NCBI GenBank assembly: GCA_964472785.1
Contig: CAYYMH010000004.1
Coordinates: forward strand, 389 to 64,388
Length of the DNA: 64,000 nucleotides
Reading direction: 5' to 3'
From: an uncultured Cytophagia bacterium
Lineage (GTDB): Bacteria > Zhuqueibacterota > Zhuqueibacteria > Thermofontimicrobiales > Thermofontimicrobiaceae
The position numbers and the translations under genes were made by a program. The notes below the pieces were generated by a model, which did not search any database, had not been told where the DNA came from, and saw only the letters and a list, made by a program, of their open reading frames with translations. Positions 32,605 to 41,727 of the stretch are shown here, piece after piece; the first letter of the stretch is position 1; each line of letters begins with the position of its first letter.

Positions 32605-33759
32605 TCAATTACGAGCAAACTTCACCGCTTTTTCACCAAACCGTTGCCGAATCCGATCCACTGCCTGGTTCAACTGATGTTCCAGTGCACATTTTTTCGA
32701 TTCATCAAACAGCGAAAGCTGCCTCGAGAGCGGACGCAGGTCAAAATAGCGCACTCCGATTCTTCGCACCCGAATGCGTCGCGTCAAAATTTTTTTCAAC
32801 AAGGAATCGGCAGTGACAAATAATTGTTGATCCAAATTGGTGTTGCCGGGAAGTTTTCTCTGCCCGCTTGCCTGTCGATGATCGGCGTAATCAATTTCCA
32901 AAATCATTTTTCGCGCCACTTGAAATGTACCCCGCAACTGTTGCCCGACCTGTTCCACCAATCGAAACAAAGCAGCTCGAATTAATCCGATGTCATTGGT
33001 ATCCTCAGCCAGTGTCTGCTGCTCATAAATATTGGGCAACTGGTGAGGCGGAAAAACCGGCGTGTTATCAATCCCCCGTGCCATCCGGTGCAGTTTCAAA
33101 CCCACTTTTCCAAATACCATCGTCAAATGCGGCACCGAAAGACTGGCGACATCTCGGATGAAGCAGATGTTCAGTTCGGTCAACTGTTTTTTCACCATCC
33201 GACTGATTGCTGGCAAATGGTAAATCTTGAGCGGGGCAATGAATTGTTGCTCAGTCCCGGCATGCACATCCTCAATACTGGCAGGACCGCTAATCTCCGA
33301 TGCGATCTTACTCACCAATTTATTACTCGCCACGCCCAGACTGGTCGGCAAAAAAACGCTGCTTTCAATTTCCCGCTGAATCTTCCAGGCTGTGTCCACC
33401 GGAACGCCAAACAGCCGGGACGTGCCGGTCACATCGAGATAGGCATGGCCATAATTTACCGGTTCGATGAGCGGAGAAAATTGAGCAACGATTTTCATCA
33501 TCGCCTGCATGGCGCGGCTGTACAACGGTTCGTTGGGCGGAATCACCGTCACATCACGGCATTGACGGAGCGCCTGGCGCAGCAGCATTCCCCGATAAAT
33601 TCCTGCCTGGCGCGCTTCCGTTGACGTGGAAAACACCACACTGCGATCAGTGTCAGGATAAGCGACAATGACCGGACGGTCACGCAACGCTCTGTTTACT
33701 ACTCGCTCCACCGATACCGGAAATGAATTCACATCAATATGTAAAATCTGGCGGTTCAT
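32605..33759 (-). CDS. Y-family polymerase homolog lacking the catalytic DE pair (ImuB-like)
   Basis: ILHIDVNSF, EARQAG, NKLVSKIAS; SIDE site reads NYGH; QLSLF clamp motif; start set at ATG 33759. Confidence 0.85.
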   Translation of the reverse strand: MNRQILHIDVNSFPVSVERVVNRALRDRPVIVAYPDTDRSVVFSTSTEARQAGIYRGMLLRQALRQCRDVTVIPPNEPLYSRAMQAMMKIVAQFSPLIEPVNYGHAYLDVTGTSRLFGVPVDTAWKIQREIESSVFLPTSLGVASNKLVSKIASEISGPASIEDVHAGTEQQFIAPLKIYHLPAISRMVKKQLTELNICFIRDVASLSVPHLTMVFGKVGLKLHRMARGIDNTPVFPPHQLPNIYEQQTLAEDTNDIGLIRAALFRLVEQVGQQLRGTFQVARKMILEIDYADHRQASGQRKLPGNTNLDQQLFVTADSLLKKILTRRIRVRRIGVRYFDLRPLSRQLSLFDESKKCALEHQLNQAVDRIRQRFGEKAVKFARN

Positions 33760-33793
33760 ATTTGCGTTAACTGTTTTAATTTTAAAAAAATGG

Positions 33794-33879
33794 TCAATGA
33801 TCAACGGTTAATTGTCAATTGATAATTACAATCTATTTTTCATTAATCATTGACAATTGAACATTTACCATTGACAATT
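33794..33879. repeat. 86-bp heptad-periodic hairpin repeat, copy A
   Basis: TCAATGATCAACGG...CATTGACAATT, near-identical to 34327-34412 and 34426-34511. Confidence 0.92.
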
Positions 33880-34251
33880 AAAAAAACCCACCTCATCGCT
33901 GCCGTTTACCTGCGGTGCGAATACGGCATTGATTATTTTCGCCAATTCTGCATTTTCATCACAGATTGACTGTAGTTTAATTTGCGAAATCATCTTACTT
34001 CGCTTAAGAATTTCCAGCCAGATAAATGACTCATTGAGCTCCTTCAGAACAACACCCAGTTTGTGTACAAAATCGTTTTTGCTCTCAGCCGCTCGCGCCT
34101 CTCCGTAGTTGGGAGCAGGCGATGTTCCTGAACGCAGTAACTGCCTTGCAATGTGTTTTCCCGCTTGAGTCTTCGGCAAAGAAGATGTCAGCCCAATAAT
34201 GAGCACCGCAAAATTTATCATTCGCTCCTGAATATCGTCGCCTTTCGCCAC
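33865..34251 (-). CDS. Four-helix bundle protein (23S rRNA IVP / Avd-like family), with apparent 3' frameshift
   Basis: QLLRSGTSPAPNYGEA..AES..DFVHKL...LKELNES..WL; GAGGAGGGAGG RBS before GTG 34251. Confidence 0.88.
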   Translation of the reverse strand: MAKGDDIQERMINFAVLIIGLTSSLPKTQAGKHIARQLLRSGTSPAPNYGEARAAESKNDFVHKLGVVLKELNESFIWLEILKRSKMISQIKLQSICDENAELAKIINAVFAPQVNGSDEVGFFNCQW

Positions 34252-34269
34252 GTGCCTCCCTCCTCTTTT

Positions 34270-34511
34270 CATTAACAATTAAAAATTGACCGTTCACTAT
34301 TGACAATTCAAAAATAAAAAAAACGATCAATGATCAACGGCTAATTGTCAATGGATAACCACAGTCTATTTTTCATTAATCATTGACAATTGAGCAATTA
34401 CCATTGACAATTTAAAAAAAAACGATCAATGATCAACGGCTAATTGTCAATGGATAACCACAATCTATTTTTCATTGACAATTGACAATTGATCATTTAC
34501 CATTGACAATT
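34270..34511. repeat. Half copy plus two tandem 86-bp heptad hairpin repeats (B and C, 99-bp period)
   Basis: Right-arm-only copy ~34270-34308; full copies at 34327-34412 and 34426-34511, separated by A tracts. Confidence 0.92.
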
Positions 34512-34523
34512 AAATCAAAAAAG

Positions 34524-35162
34524 TCACTGCACCTGCTCCCGAATCAGCGCCAGCACTCTTCCCTGCAACGACCAGGGCTCCTGTGGGCGAATATCAGAAT
34601 ATTGTGGATTTTCAGGTTTTAAAAAACGATCTTTTCCATCATCAACCAATCGCTTTACCGTGACTTCATTTCCGATCAGCGCCACCACAATATCTCCGTT
34701 TTTGGCTTCGGAGGTTGACTGTACAATCACCAGATCGCCATCATGAATACCGGCATTGATCATACTGTCCCCCTGAACATGCAATGCAAAACAGGGCTGT
34801 TTTTCATTGACCAGATAGTGGGGCACGTAAACATAGCGTTCGATATTTTCCTCGGTCAGCACCGGCGCTCCGGCAGTCACTGTACCCACCAGCGGTAATT
34901 CGAGTCCCTGAAAAGCATCAAATTCATAAGCGTTATTAAGGGGGTGATTCAGCCGTTTTAAAATCCGAATATCCCGCGCCTTGTTCGACCGTTCGATGTA
35001 ACCTTTTTTCACCAGCGCATCCAGATGAGCCAGCACAGCGTTTTTTGAGCCCATACCCAACTCTTCACGGATTTCTTCCAACGTCGGAGGAACGCCATCG
35101 CCCTCAATTTTTTGATCGATGACCTCCAACACTCGCGCCTGTTTTTCCGTTAATTTTTTCAT
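34524..35162 (-). CDS. lexA: LexA repressor
   Basis: LTEKQ...PPTLEEI HTH, TAG cleavage site, GDSM serine, TVKR lysine. Confidence 0.95.
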   Translation of the reverse strand: MKKLTEKQARVLEVIDQKIEGDGVPPTLEEIREELGMGSKNAVLAHLDALVKKGYIERSNKARDIRILKRLNHPLNNAYEFDAFQGLELPLVGTVTAGAPVLTEENIERYVYVPHYLVNEKQPCFALHVQGDSMINAGIHDGDLVIVQSTSEAKNGDIVVALIGNEVTVKRLVDDGKDRFLKPENPQYSDIRPQEPWSLQGRVLALIREQVQ

Positions 35163-35183
35163 AGCACGCTCCTTTATTACTAT

Positions 35184-35257
35184 ACATTAATTAAGTTAAT
35201 TTATGTTAAGTTAACTTTTGTACAGTATAAATATACATTATTTTTGGAAAAAGTCAA
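35184..35257 (-). promoter_or_regulatory. lexA promoter with candidate operator palindromes
   Basis: TTGACT-N16-TATATT (35257-35230); ACATTAATTAA-G-TTAATTTATGT (35184-35206); AAGTTAACTT (35208-35217). Confidence 0.5.
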
Positions 35258-35311
35258 GGGAAAAATTTATCACAATCAAAAAGTGACTCAAAATTTTCAA
35301 GATTATTTTCC

Positions 35312-35340
35312 TTGTATTATTTCAAACAATTTGCTATATT
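35312..35340 (+). promoter_or_regulatory. Candidate hicBA promoter
   Basis: TTGTAT-N17-TATATT with TGn extension. Confidence 0.45.
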
Positions 35341-35383
35341 AAAGTGAGTTTCTGGAAAGACAACCTATTATGAGGAGCAAAAA

Positions 35384-35590
35384 ATGAGGCAAGTGATCAT
35401 TTATCCGGGCGAAGATGGATATTGGGTAGCAGAATGTCTCTCTTTACCTGGCTGCTTAAGCCAGGGGCGAACCAAGGAAGAAGCCATCACAAACATTCGC
35501 GAAGCAATTGAAGTCTACATTGAAGCATTGAAAGAAGATAATCTCGATGTACCGGAAGATAAATTTGAATCCGTTGTGGTAGCAGTATGA
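35384..35590 (+). CDS. hicB: HicB-family antitoxin (short, no DNA-binding domain)
   Basis: LPGCLSQGRTKEEAITNIREAI; GAGGAG RBS. Confidence 0.9.
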   Translation: MRQVIIYPGEDGYWVAECLSLPGCLSQGRTKEEAITNIREAIEVYIEALKEDNLDVPEDKFESVVVAV

Positions 35591-35811
35591 AAAAATTGCC
35601 TGTGATCTCCGGAAAAAAATGTGTTCGCGCCCTCGAAAAAACTGGTTTTTTTGTTAAACGCCAATCAGGTAGTCACATCATCATGAGAAGAGATAATCCA
35701 TTTTCTCAAGTTGTTGTACCCGATCACAAAACATTAGATAGAGAAACGTTGCGAGCAATTATAAAACAGGTAGGAATGACTGTTGATGAATTTATCTATT
35801 TGTTAAAATAA
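35587..35811 (+). CDS. hicA: HicA-family mRNase toxin
   Basis: RQSGSH, VVVPDH; ATGA overlap with hicB. Confidence 0.9.
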   Translation: MKKLPVISGKKCVRALEKTGFFVKRQSGSHIIMRRDNPFSQVVVPDHKTLDRETLRAIIKQVGMTVDEFIYLLK

Positions 35812-35878
35812 AAAAGAAAGCCTCATCAAATTTTATTCACAAAAATCTCAATATTTACTGTAACTACTTTTCCAATTT

Positions 35879-36667
35879 TCAAACGCCGGCCGTGAACTTC
35901 ACAAACTCATTCAAACGCTCTCGAAGTGTCGTATAATCCAGCTCAGGATAAAGTCTGCCTTCATAAGCGAGCGAAATTTTGCCCGTCTCTTCGGAAACTA
36001 TGATGACAACTGCATCCGATTCTTCGGAAAGGCCAACTGCAGCCAGATGGCGGGTACCAAATTTGGGATCGATATTCGGATTTTGGCTCAAGGGAAGGAT
36101 GCATTGCGCCGCTTCGATCACATCATTTTGAATTATGATGGCGCCGTCATGTAATGGTGAACGTGGATTAAAAATTGACACGATCAGTGGTACGGAAATT
36201 TCGCTTTGAATTTTCTGCCCGGTTTCGATAATCGATTTAATGCCGGTATTCTGCACCAAAACGATCAGTCCACCAAACCCGCGTTTACTCAACTCAATTG
36301 CGGCTTTCACTACCTCTTCGGTCAATCGTTTGGAAGGTGTCACTTTCAATATTTTTCGGACTAACGGTGTTTGCCCCATGTAAATGAGAATCCGGCGTAA
36401 TTCCGGCTGGAACAGAATGACGAACCCGATTAACCAAACCGTTCTTAAATTATCGAAAATCCAATTTAAGCCGCTGAAACCAAATAACTGCACAATGACA
36501 GACGCAATCAAAATCAACACCAGTCCGATAAACATCTGCGCGGCACGCGAACCTCGAATAAAAAAATATAATTTATATAAAATAAACGATATAATCAACA
36601 CATCCAAAATATCGATCAATGTCACTGTTAGAAATCCGATTTTAAATAATTCCAAACGAAGTCCCAT
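35879..36667 (-). CDS. cdaA: Diadenylate cyclase CdaA/DacA
   Basis: Three TM segments, LFQPELRR, PLHDGA, GTRHxAA, VSEETG. Confidence 0.92.
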   Translation of the reverse strand: MGLRLELFKIGFLTVTLIDILDVLIISFILYKLYFFIRGSRAAQMFIGLVLILIASVIVQLFGFSGLNWIFDNLRTVWLIGFVILFQPELRRILIYMGQTPLVRKILKVTPSKRLTEEVVKAAIELSKRGFGGLIVLVQNTGIKSIIETGQKIQSEISVPLIVSIFNPRSPLHDGAIIIQNDVIEAAQCILPLSQNPNIDPKFGTRHLAAVGLSEESDAVVIIVSEETGKISLAYEGRLYPELDYTTLRERLNEFVKFTAGV

Positions 36668-36706
36668 GGTCTTACCTTTTTATCCTTTTTTTAAACGAAG
36701 AAATAT

Positions 36707-37909
36707 CTATTTCGACAGTAAATCTGCAATCACACAAACACGTTTCATCTGTTTAACATCATGAACCCGAACAATGTGCGCGCCGTTCTTGATTCCAATT
36801 GCCACCGCCGCGGCAGTGCCTTCTACGCGCTGATCTGATGGTAAATCGAGCACTTTTCCGACGAATGACTTGCGGGAGGGTCCGATCAAAATCGAGCAGC
36901 CTAATCCCTGAAATTCGTTCAGCCGCCTTAAAATTTCATAATTATCCTCGATTTTTTTTCCAAAGCCAATGCCGGGATCAACAATGATCAACTCTTTTTT
37001 AATGCCAGACTCAATAGCGAAATTTATCGTATCAGCCAAGTACTGGTAAATTTCTGTCATCAAATCATCGTACCGGGGATTTTGCTGCATGTTCTTGGGT
37101 GTGCCTTTGATGTGCATAATGACTACCGGTATTTCATTTTGAGCAATCACTTTGACCATTTCTGGATCAAAATGGAGTCCGCTGATATCGTTAATCAAAT
37201 CCGCACCGTGTTCGATAGCGGCTTTGGCAACTGCGGATTTGTAGGTATCCACCGAAATCGGTACGTCAACCTGTTTTTTCAATTCGTCCAATACCGGAAT
37301 TAACCGGACTAATTCTGCTTCCAAAGGCGCCGGTTCTGCGCCCGGGCGAGTGGATTCGGCGCCAACATCCAAAATATCGGCGCCCTCCTCAACTAAACGG
37401 ATGCCGTGTTCAACCGCCGCATTTTTTTCGATAAAATCGCCACCATCTGAAAATGAATCCGGGGTAATGTTCAAAATCCCCATAATATATGTTCGCTTCG
37501 AAAAATCGAACACCTGGTTTTTTATGGATAATTTCAGATGTGCTGAATTTTCTTTCTGCCTGATCAATTGTTCCAAATCATCTGCCATCTTTTTCAATCC
37601 GAACGGCTGCTGTCTCAACTTCGGCACTAATTTTTGAAAATCTTTCAGACTGCCCATCAAAATTGCATCAACATGTTCAGCCTCGTTCTTTATCACTGAT
37701 CGATGATTGGCACAGTCCCCTCCTAAAGTTAACATTTCTTGCTTCAGAATCAATGCTGCCGGGCTCGATAATCCACAGACTTTGATGTTTAACTGAAAGG
37801 CTTTGCTTTCCATCATTTTGATCCCTGCCGGATCAACGCCGATCAACGAGAACTCTTTGCGAATATCAGACGGCTTTTCTGTGTGTAATATGCGAATGCT
37901 GTTATGCAT
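36707..37909 (-). CDS. folP: Dihydropteroate synthase with N-terminal extension
   Basis: MGILNITPDSFSDGG, ESTRPG, DPGIGFGK, SRKS, RVHDV. Confidence 0.95.
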   Translation of the reverse strand: MHNSIRILHTEKPSDIRKEFSLIGVDPAGIKMMESKAFQLNIKVCGLSSPAALILKQEMLTLGGDCANHRSVIKNEAEHVDAILMGSLKDFQKLVPKLRQQPFGLKKMADDLEQLIRQKENSAHLKLSIKNQVFDFSKRTYIMGILNITPDSFSDGGDFIEKNAAVEHGIRLVEEGADILDVGAESTRPGAEPAPLEAELVRLIPVLDELKKQVDVPISVDTYKSAVAKAAIEHGADLINDISGLHFDPEMVKVIAQNEIPVVIMHIKGTPKNMQQNPRYDDLMTEIYQYLADTINFAIESGIKKELIIVDPGIGFGKKIEDNYEILRRLNEFQGLGCSILIGPSRKSFVGKVLDLPSDQRVEGTAAAVAIGIKNGAHIVRVHDVKQMKRVCVIADLLSK

Positions 37910-37912
37910 ATA

Positions 37913-39511
37913 TTATTTTTGGGTCTCCGTTACGGTTGAATCCTGATGAATTAAATTGTAAAGATGTTTCCGGGCTTCCTCTGCGAATTCATCGTCCCGA
38001 CCTTTTCGGTAGCGAATCCGGTAACGCAGATGTTTAATCGCCTCTTCAAGTTTTCCCTGTTCCTCATAAATATAGGCTAAATAAAGATGAGAATTGAGAT
38101 GGTTGTCAATAGCCAGCGCCCGTTTGAAAAAATTTTCCGCATTTTCATAATCTTTCGAATTATAGTATAAAATGCCCAAATTATAATAAGCATCCGAATT
38201 ATCCGGTTCCAGTTCAAGCACACGATTAAAAACCTCGACAATTTTCAGCATCTCATTTCTGACCAAATACATTTTTCCCAACGCCATTAATGAGCGAACA
38301 GAATTTGGGTTAATTTTAAGATATTTTTTGAGCACCCTCACCGCATCTTTTCGGTTATTCGCATATAAATAATAATCCGAAAGCATCAGATAAGCGTCCT
38401 CATAGCACGGATTCATAAAAATAGCGCGTTTATATAATTGCTCTTCATTTTTAAATCCCAGTTTTCGATAACGGGAATCGTGCAACAGTGATAATGACAG
38501 ATAAATCCGGGCAAAATTCGGATTCAGTTGATAGGCGAGAGAAAGTGCTTCTTCAGCCAGCGACCAGCGTTCCGAATACACATAATACTCTCCCAGAAAC
38601 GTAAACGCCTCTGAATTTGTGGAATCCAATCGAATTGTTTCCTCAAAAAATTCTCGGGACTTTTCAAACAATTCAACCGGCACTTCACCTTGCTTCCGCT
38701 TTTCCAGTGCAAGTTCGAAATTACTTTTCCCAGCTAAAAGATAAGCCTCAACTAAATTACTGTCAGCCGCGATTGCTTCCCCTGCAACCTGAATTGCATT
38801 TTCAAATCGCGCGTTTTGATAATGTTCTTTAGCAGTAATAAATTTTTGATAGCTTTCAATGGTCACTTCACGAAATTTATGTGCAGACCCGAGCGGTGTC
38901 ATTTCAAAATAATCCATAATTTCATTACAGATTACCATACTCAATTGAGGAAACTTTTTTGGTTCAAGAATAACGGCATCACCAAAAATAACGCTCTGAT
39001 CTTCATTTTTTATAAATTGATACACGAATTGTTGATCAGCAACTTCACCTGTTAAATAATATTCCGTTTTAATTCTTTCATTGAATCGGTTCACATATTC
39101 CGGTATTTTGAGTGAATCTACATTGATAATTTCGTCAAGATAATCCGAACTCAACACCGCGGCCAGATCTCCAACCATCTGCTGGAGTTGTTGCGCCACC
39201 ATCGACCAAAAAACCTCTCCCTGCCATCTCTGATCTGTTGACTGTACTTCTTGCTGCAACGGCATAAACGCTAAACGAAACTTTAATTGAAGTGGCTGAT
39301 TTTTTAAAACGATAAAACAATTAATCACCAGAAATGCAATCACGACAATCAAAGTAATAAAGAGAATCACCTTTTTGCTCATCACCTCTGATGTAAAGTA
39401 GAGAAAAATTAAAATCCCGACAATGCTCACAAAGGCAACTATCATTAACGGTGAAACTTTGATGAAATTTAGCAAACTGAATAATAAAATATGCGCCATC
39501 ATTTTTTTCAC
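37913..39511 (-). CDS. Membrane-anchored TPR-repeat protein
   Basis: N-terminal hydrophobic helices, multiple TPR repeats (AYYNLGILY). Confidence 0.8.
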   Translation of the reverse strand: MKKMMAHILLFSLLNFIKVSPLMIVAFVSIVGILIFLYFTSEVMSKKVILFITLIVVIAFLVINCFIVLKNQPLQLKFRLAFMPLQQEVQSTDQRWQGEVFWSMVAQQLQQMVGDLAAVLSSDYLDEIINVDSLKIPEYVNRFNERIKTEYYLTGEVADQQFVYQFIKNEDQSVIFGDAVILEPKKFPQLSMVICNEIMDYFEMTPLGSAHKFREVTIESYQKFITAKEHYQNARFENAIQVAGEAIAADSNLVEAYLLAGKSNFELALEKRKQGEVPVELFEKSREFFEETIRLDSTNSEAFTFLGEYYVYSERWSLAEEALSLAYQLNPNFARIYLSLSLLHDSRYRKLGFKNEEQLYKRAIFMNPCYEDAYLMLSDYYLYANNRKDAVRVLKKYLKINPNSVRSLMALGKMYLVRNEMLKIVEVFNRVLELEPDNSDAYYNLGILYYNSKDYENAENFFKRALAIDNHLNSHLYLAYIYEEQGKLEEAIKHLRYRIRYRKGRDDEFAEEARKHLYNLIHQDSTVTETQK

Positions 39512-39545
39512 CTCTCTCTGTTATCTGTGATTATTACTAACAAAA

Positions 39546-39572
39546 CAACCCCAACTAAAAAAGTTGAGGTTG
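39546..39572 (-). terminator. Hairpin terminator after ftsH
   Basis: CAACCCCAACT-aaaaa-AGTTGAGGTTG. Confidence 0.5.
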
Positions 39573-39614
39573 GAAAAAAATTTCTAAAAATTTACAACGA
39601 CCAACCGATCCGGT

Positions 39615-41705
39615 CTATTTTTTTTCTGATGTATCTTTTTGCTCAATTTTTTTAGTTGTTGATTTTTTCGATGTTGAATTTTTCTTTGTTGATGTTCGTT
39701 TCGCTGACGTTTTTGACTCTGTTTTTGGTTTACGTTGCGTCTTTTTCCGGGTCTTTTTCTTACCATCACTTTCCAGCAACTCATCAATATCATTTCCGTC
39801 AACGATTTCTTTTTCTAACAATAACTGGGCTAAACAATGCAATTTATCAATATTTTCACTCAATATTTTTTCTGCTGTACTCGATGCCTTTTCAACAATA
39901 CTTCTGACTTCAGTATCGATGAGCTGAGCCGTTTTTTCGCTGTAATCCCGATGCTGCGCGATTTCTCTGCCGAGAAAAATTTCTTCATTCTTTTTACCGA
40001 ACGTCATCGGGCCTAATTTATCGCTCATTCCCCATTCACAGACCATTTTTCTGGCTAATTTGGTGGCTCGCTCAATATCATTGCCGGCGCCGGTTGTTAA
40101 CTGATTTAGCACTAATTTTTCAGCAGCCCTGCCGCCTAACAATTGAATCAAAGATATTTCACAATATTCTTTTGAATAATTATGTTTTTCGTCAATCGGC
40201 AATGTCGTCGTCGCTCCCAAAGCCCGCCCTCTCGGAATAATGGTGACCTTGTGCACCGGATCAGAGCCCGGAGTTAATCTCGCAACCAAAGCATGTCCCG
40301 CTTCATGATAAGCCGTACTCTTCTTTTCTTCATCACTAATCAACAGACTCTTGCGCTCCGTTCCCATTAACACTTTATCCTTTGCTTCTTCCAGATCTTC
40401 CATCTCGACTCTATCCTTGTTCCTCCGTGAAGCTAACAGTGCCGCCTCATTGACCATATTGGCAAGATCAGCGCCAGAGAATCCCGGCGTTCCTTTCGCA
40501 ATAATCGATAAATCCACTTTTGTGCCCAGAGATATTTTACGGGTATGAACTTTTAGAATTCCCTCACGACCTCTCACATCAGGTCGGTCAACAACAATCT
40601 GCCGGTCAAATCGTCCGGGGCGCAACAGTGCGGAATCCAGCACATCGGGGCGGTTGGTCGCTGCGATTAGAATAACACCCTCATTTGATTCAAAGCCATC
40701 CATTTCCACCAGCAACTGATTCAACGTCTGCTCCCGCTCATCGTGTCCGCCGCCGAGTCCTGCCCCGCGATGTCTGCCAACCGCGTCCAACTCATCGATA
40801 AAAATAATACAGGGTGCATTTTTTTTGCCCTGCTCGAACAAGTCTCTCACGCGTGACGCGCCAACCCCAACAAACATTTCAACAAAATCAGCGCCGGACA
40901 TACTATAAAACGGCACGCCCGCTTCACCGGCAACTGCTTTCGCCAGCAAGGTTTTTCCGGTTCCCGGCGGTCCTAAAAGCAACGCTCCTTTGGGTATTTT
41001 ACCACCTAATTTTTGAAATTTTTCAGGCTCTTTAAGAAACTCGATAATTTCGCGTAATTCCTGTTTCGCTTCCTCTGCTCCGGCAACGTCATTGAAGGTC
41101 ACTTTTATTCTGTTTTCTGTTAATAATTTTGCCCGTGATTTTCCAAAGGAAAAAATGCCCTTTTGTCCTCCACCCTGCATTCGCCTCAAGAGGATAAACC
41201 ACACGACGATCAACAGAAAAAATGGTAACGACTGCAACAGGTAGCCCCACCAATTTACTTTTCTTGATTTAAACTTCGGTTGCACACCGTATTTTTCAAT
41301 CCATTGATTAGTGGTTTCAATATCTAACTTATCCGGCAGCACAGTATGGAATGATGTAATGGTTGTTCGAAAATTATTCGGATTTTCCTGGGGTTCTTTC
41401 AATTTTCCGTGAAGTTCATCACCCTCGATCACTATTTGGGAAACAACCCCCTTTTCTAAATATTGCTTAAAAACCGGATAATCTACTTCTTGTTCATCGT
41501 TACCAATATTGGTGAGCCGCTGGGAAATCCAGATCGTCACAATAATGATGACCAACCAAAACAGGAAATTTTTCGACGCCTTTTGCCACTGGAAATTGTC
41601 ATTCTTATCATTTCGATTATCACCATCATCAGGTTTGTTTTTTTTCTTTCTTTGAAAATCGGGACGGTTTTTATCGTTCCGATTTAAAACATATTTATTT
41701 TTCAT
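39615..41705 (-). CDS. ftsH: ATP-dependent zinc metalloprotease FtsH
   Basis: [21 protein letters not shown]...RPGRFD, HEAGH. Confidence 0.97.
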   Translation of the reverse strand: MKNKYVLNRNDKNRPDFQRKKKNKPDDGDNRNDKNDNFQWQKASKNFLFWLVIIIVTIWISQRLTNIGNDEQEVDYPVFKQYLEKGVVSQIVIEGDELHGKLKEPQENPNNFRTTITSFHTVLPDKLDIETTNQWIEKYGVQPKFKSRKVNWWGYLLQSLPFFLLIVVWFILLRRMQGGGQKGIFSFGKSRAKLLTENRIKVTFNDVAGAEEAKQELREIIEFLKEPEKFQKLGGKIPKGALLLGPPGTGKTLLAKAVAGEAGVPFYSMSGADFVEMFVGVGASRVRDLFEQGKKNAPCIIFIDELDAVGRHRGAGLGGGHDEREQTLNQLLVEMDGFESNEGVILIAATNRPDVLDSALLRPGRFDRQIVVDRPDVRGREGILKVHTRKISLGTKVDLSIIAKGTPGFSGADLANMVNEAALLASRRNKDRVEMEDLEEAKDKVLMGTERKSLLISDEEKKSTAYHEAGHALVARLTPGSDPVHKVTIIPRGRALGATTTLPIDEKHNYSKEYCEISLIQLLGGRAAEKLVLNQLTTGAGNDIERATKLARKMVCEWGMSDKLGPMTFGKKNEEIFLGREIAQHRDYSEKTAQLIDTEVRSIVEKASSTAEKILSENIDKLHCLAQLLLEKEIVDGNDIDELLESDGKKKTRKKTQRKPKTESKTSAKRTSTKKNSTSKKSTTKKIEQKDTSEKK

Positions 41706-41727
41706 ATTTTAATTATTCTCCAACGCT

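Noticed and set aside
33865-34251. Diversity-generating retroelement (Avd-like gene)
   Set aside because: No reverse transcriptase and no TR/VR pair differing at adenines in the window.
34085-34330. 81-aa ORF, and the upstream extensions of the imuB-like and four-helix ORFs
   Set aside because: These are translations of the heptad repeats (IVNGQ, IIDH); better RBS/start pairs lie downstream.
33794-34511. Repeat array as CRISPR
   Set aside because: Units are 86 bp with no unique spacers, and no cas genes are present.
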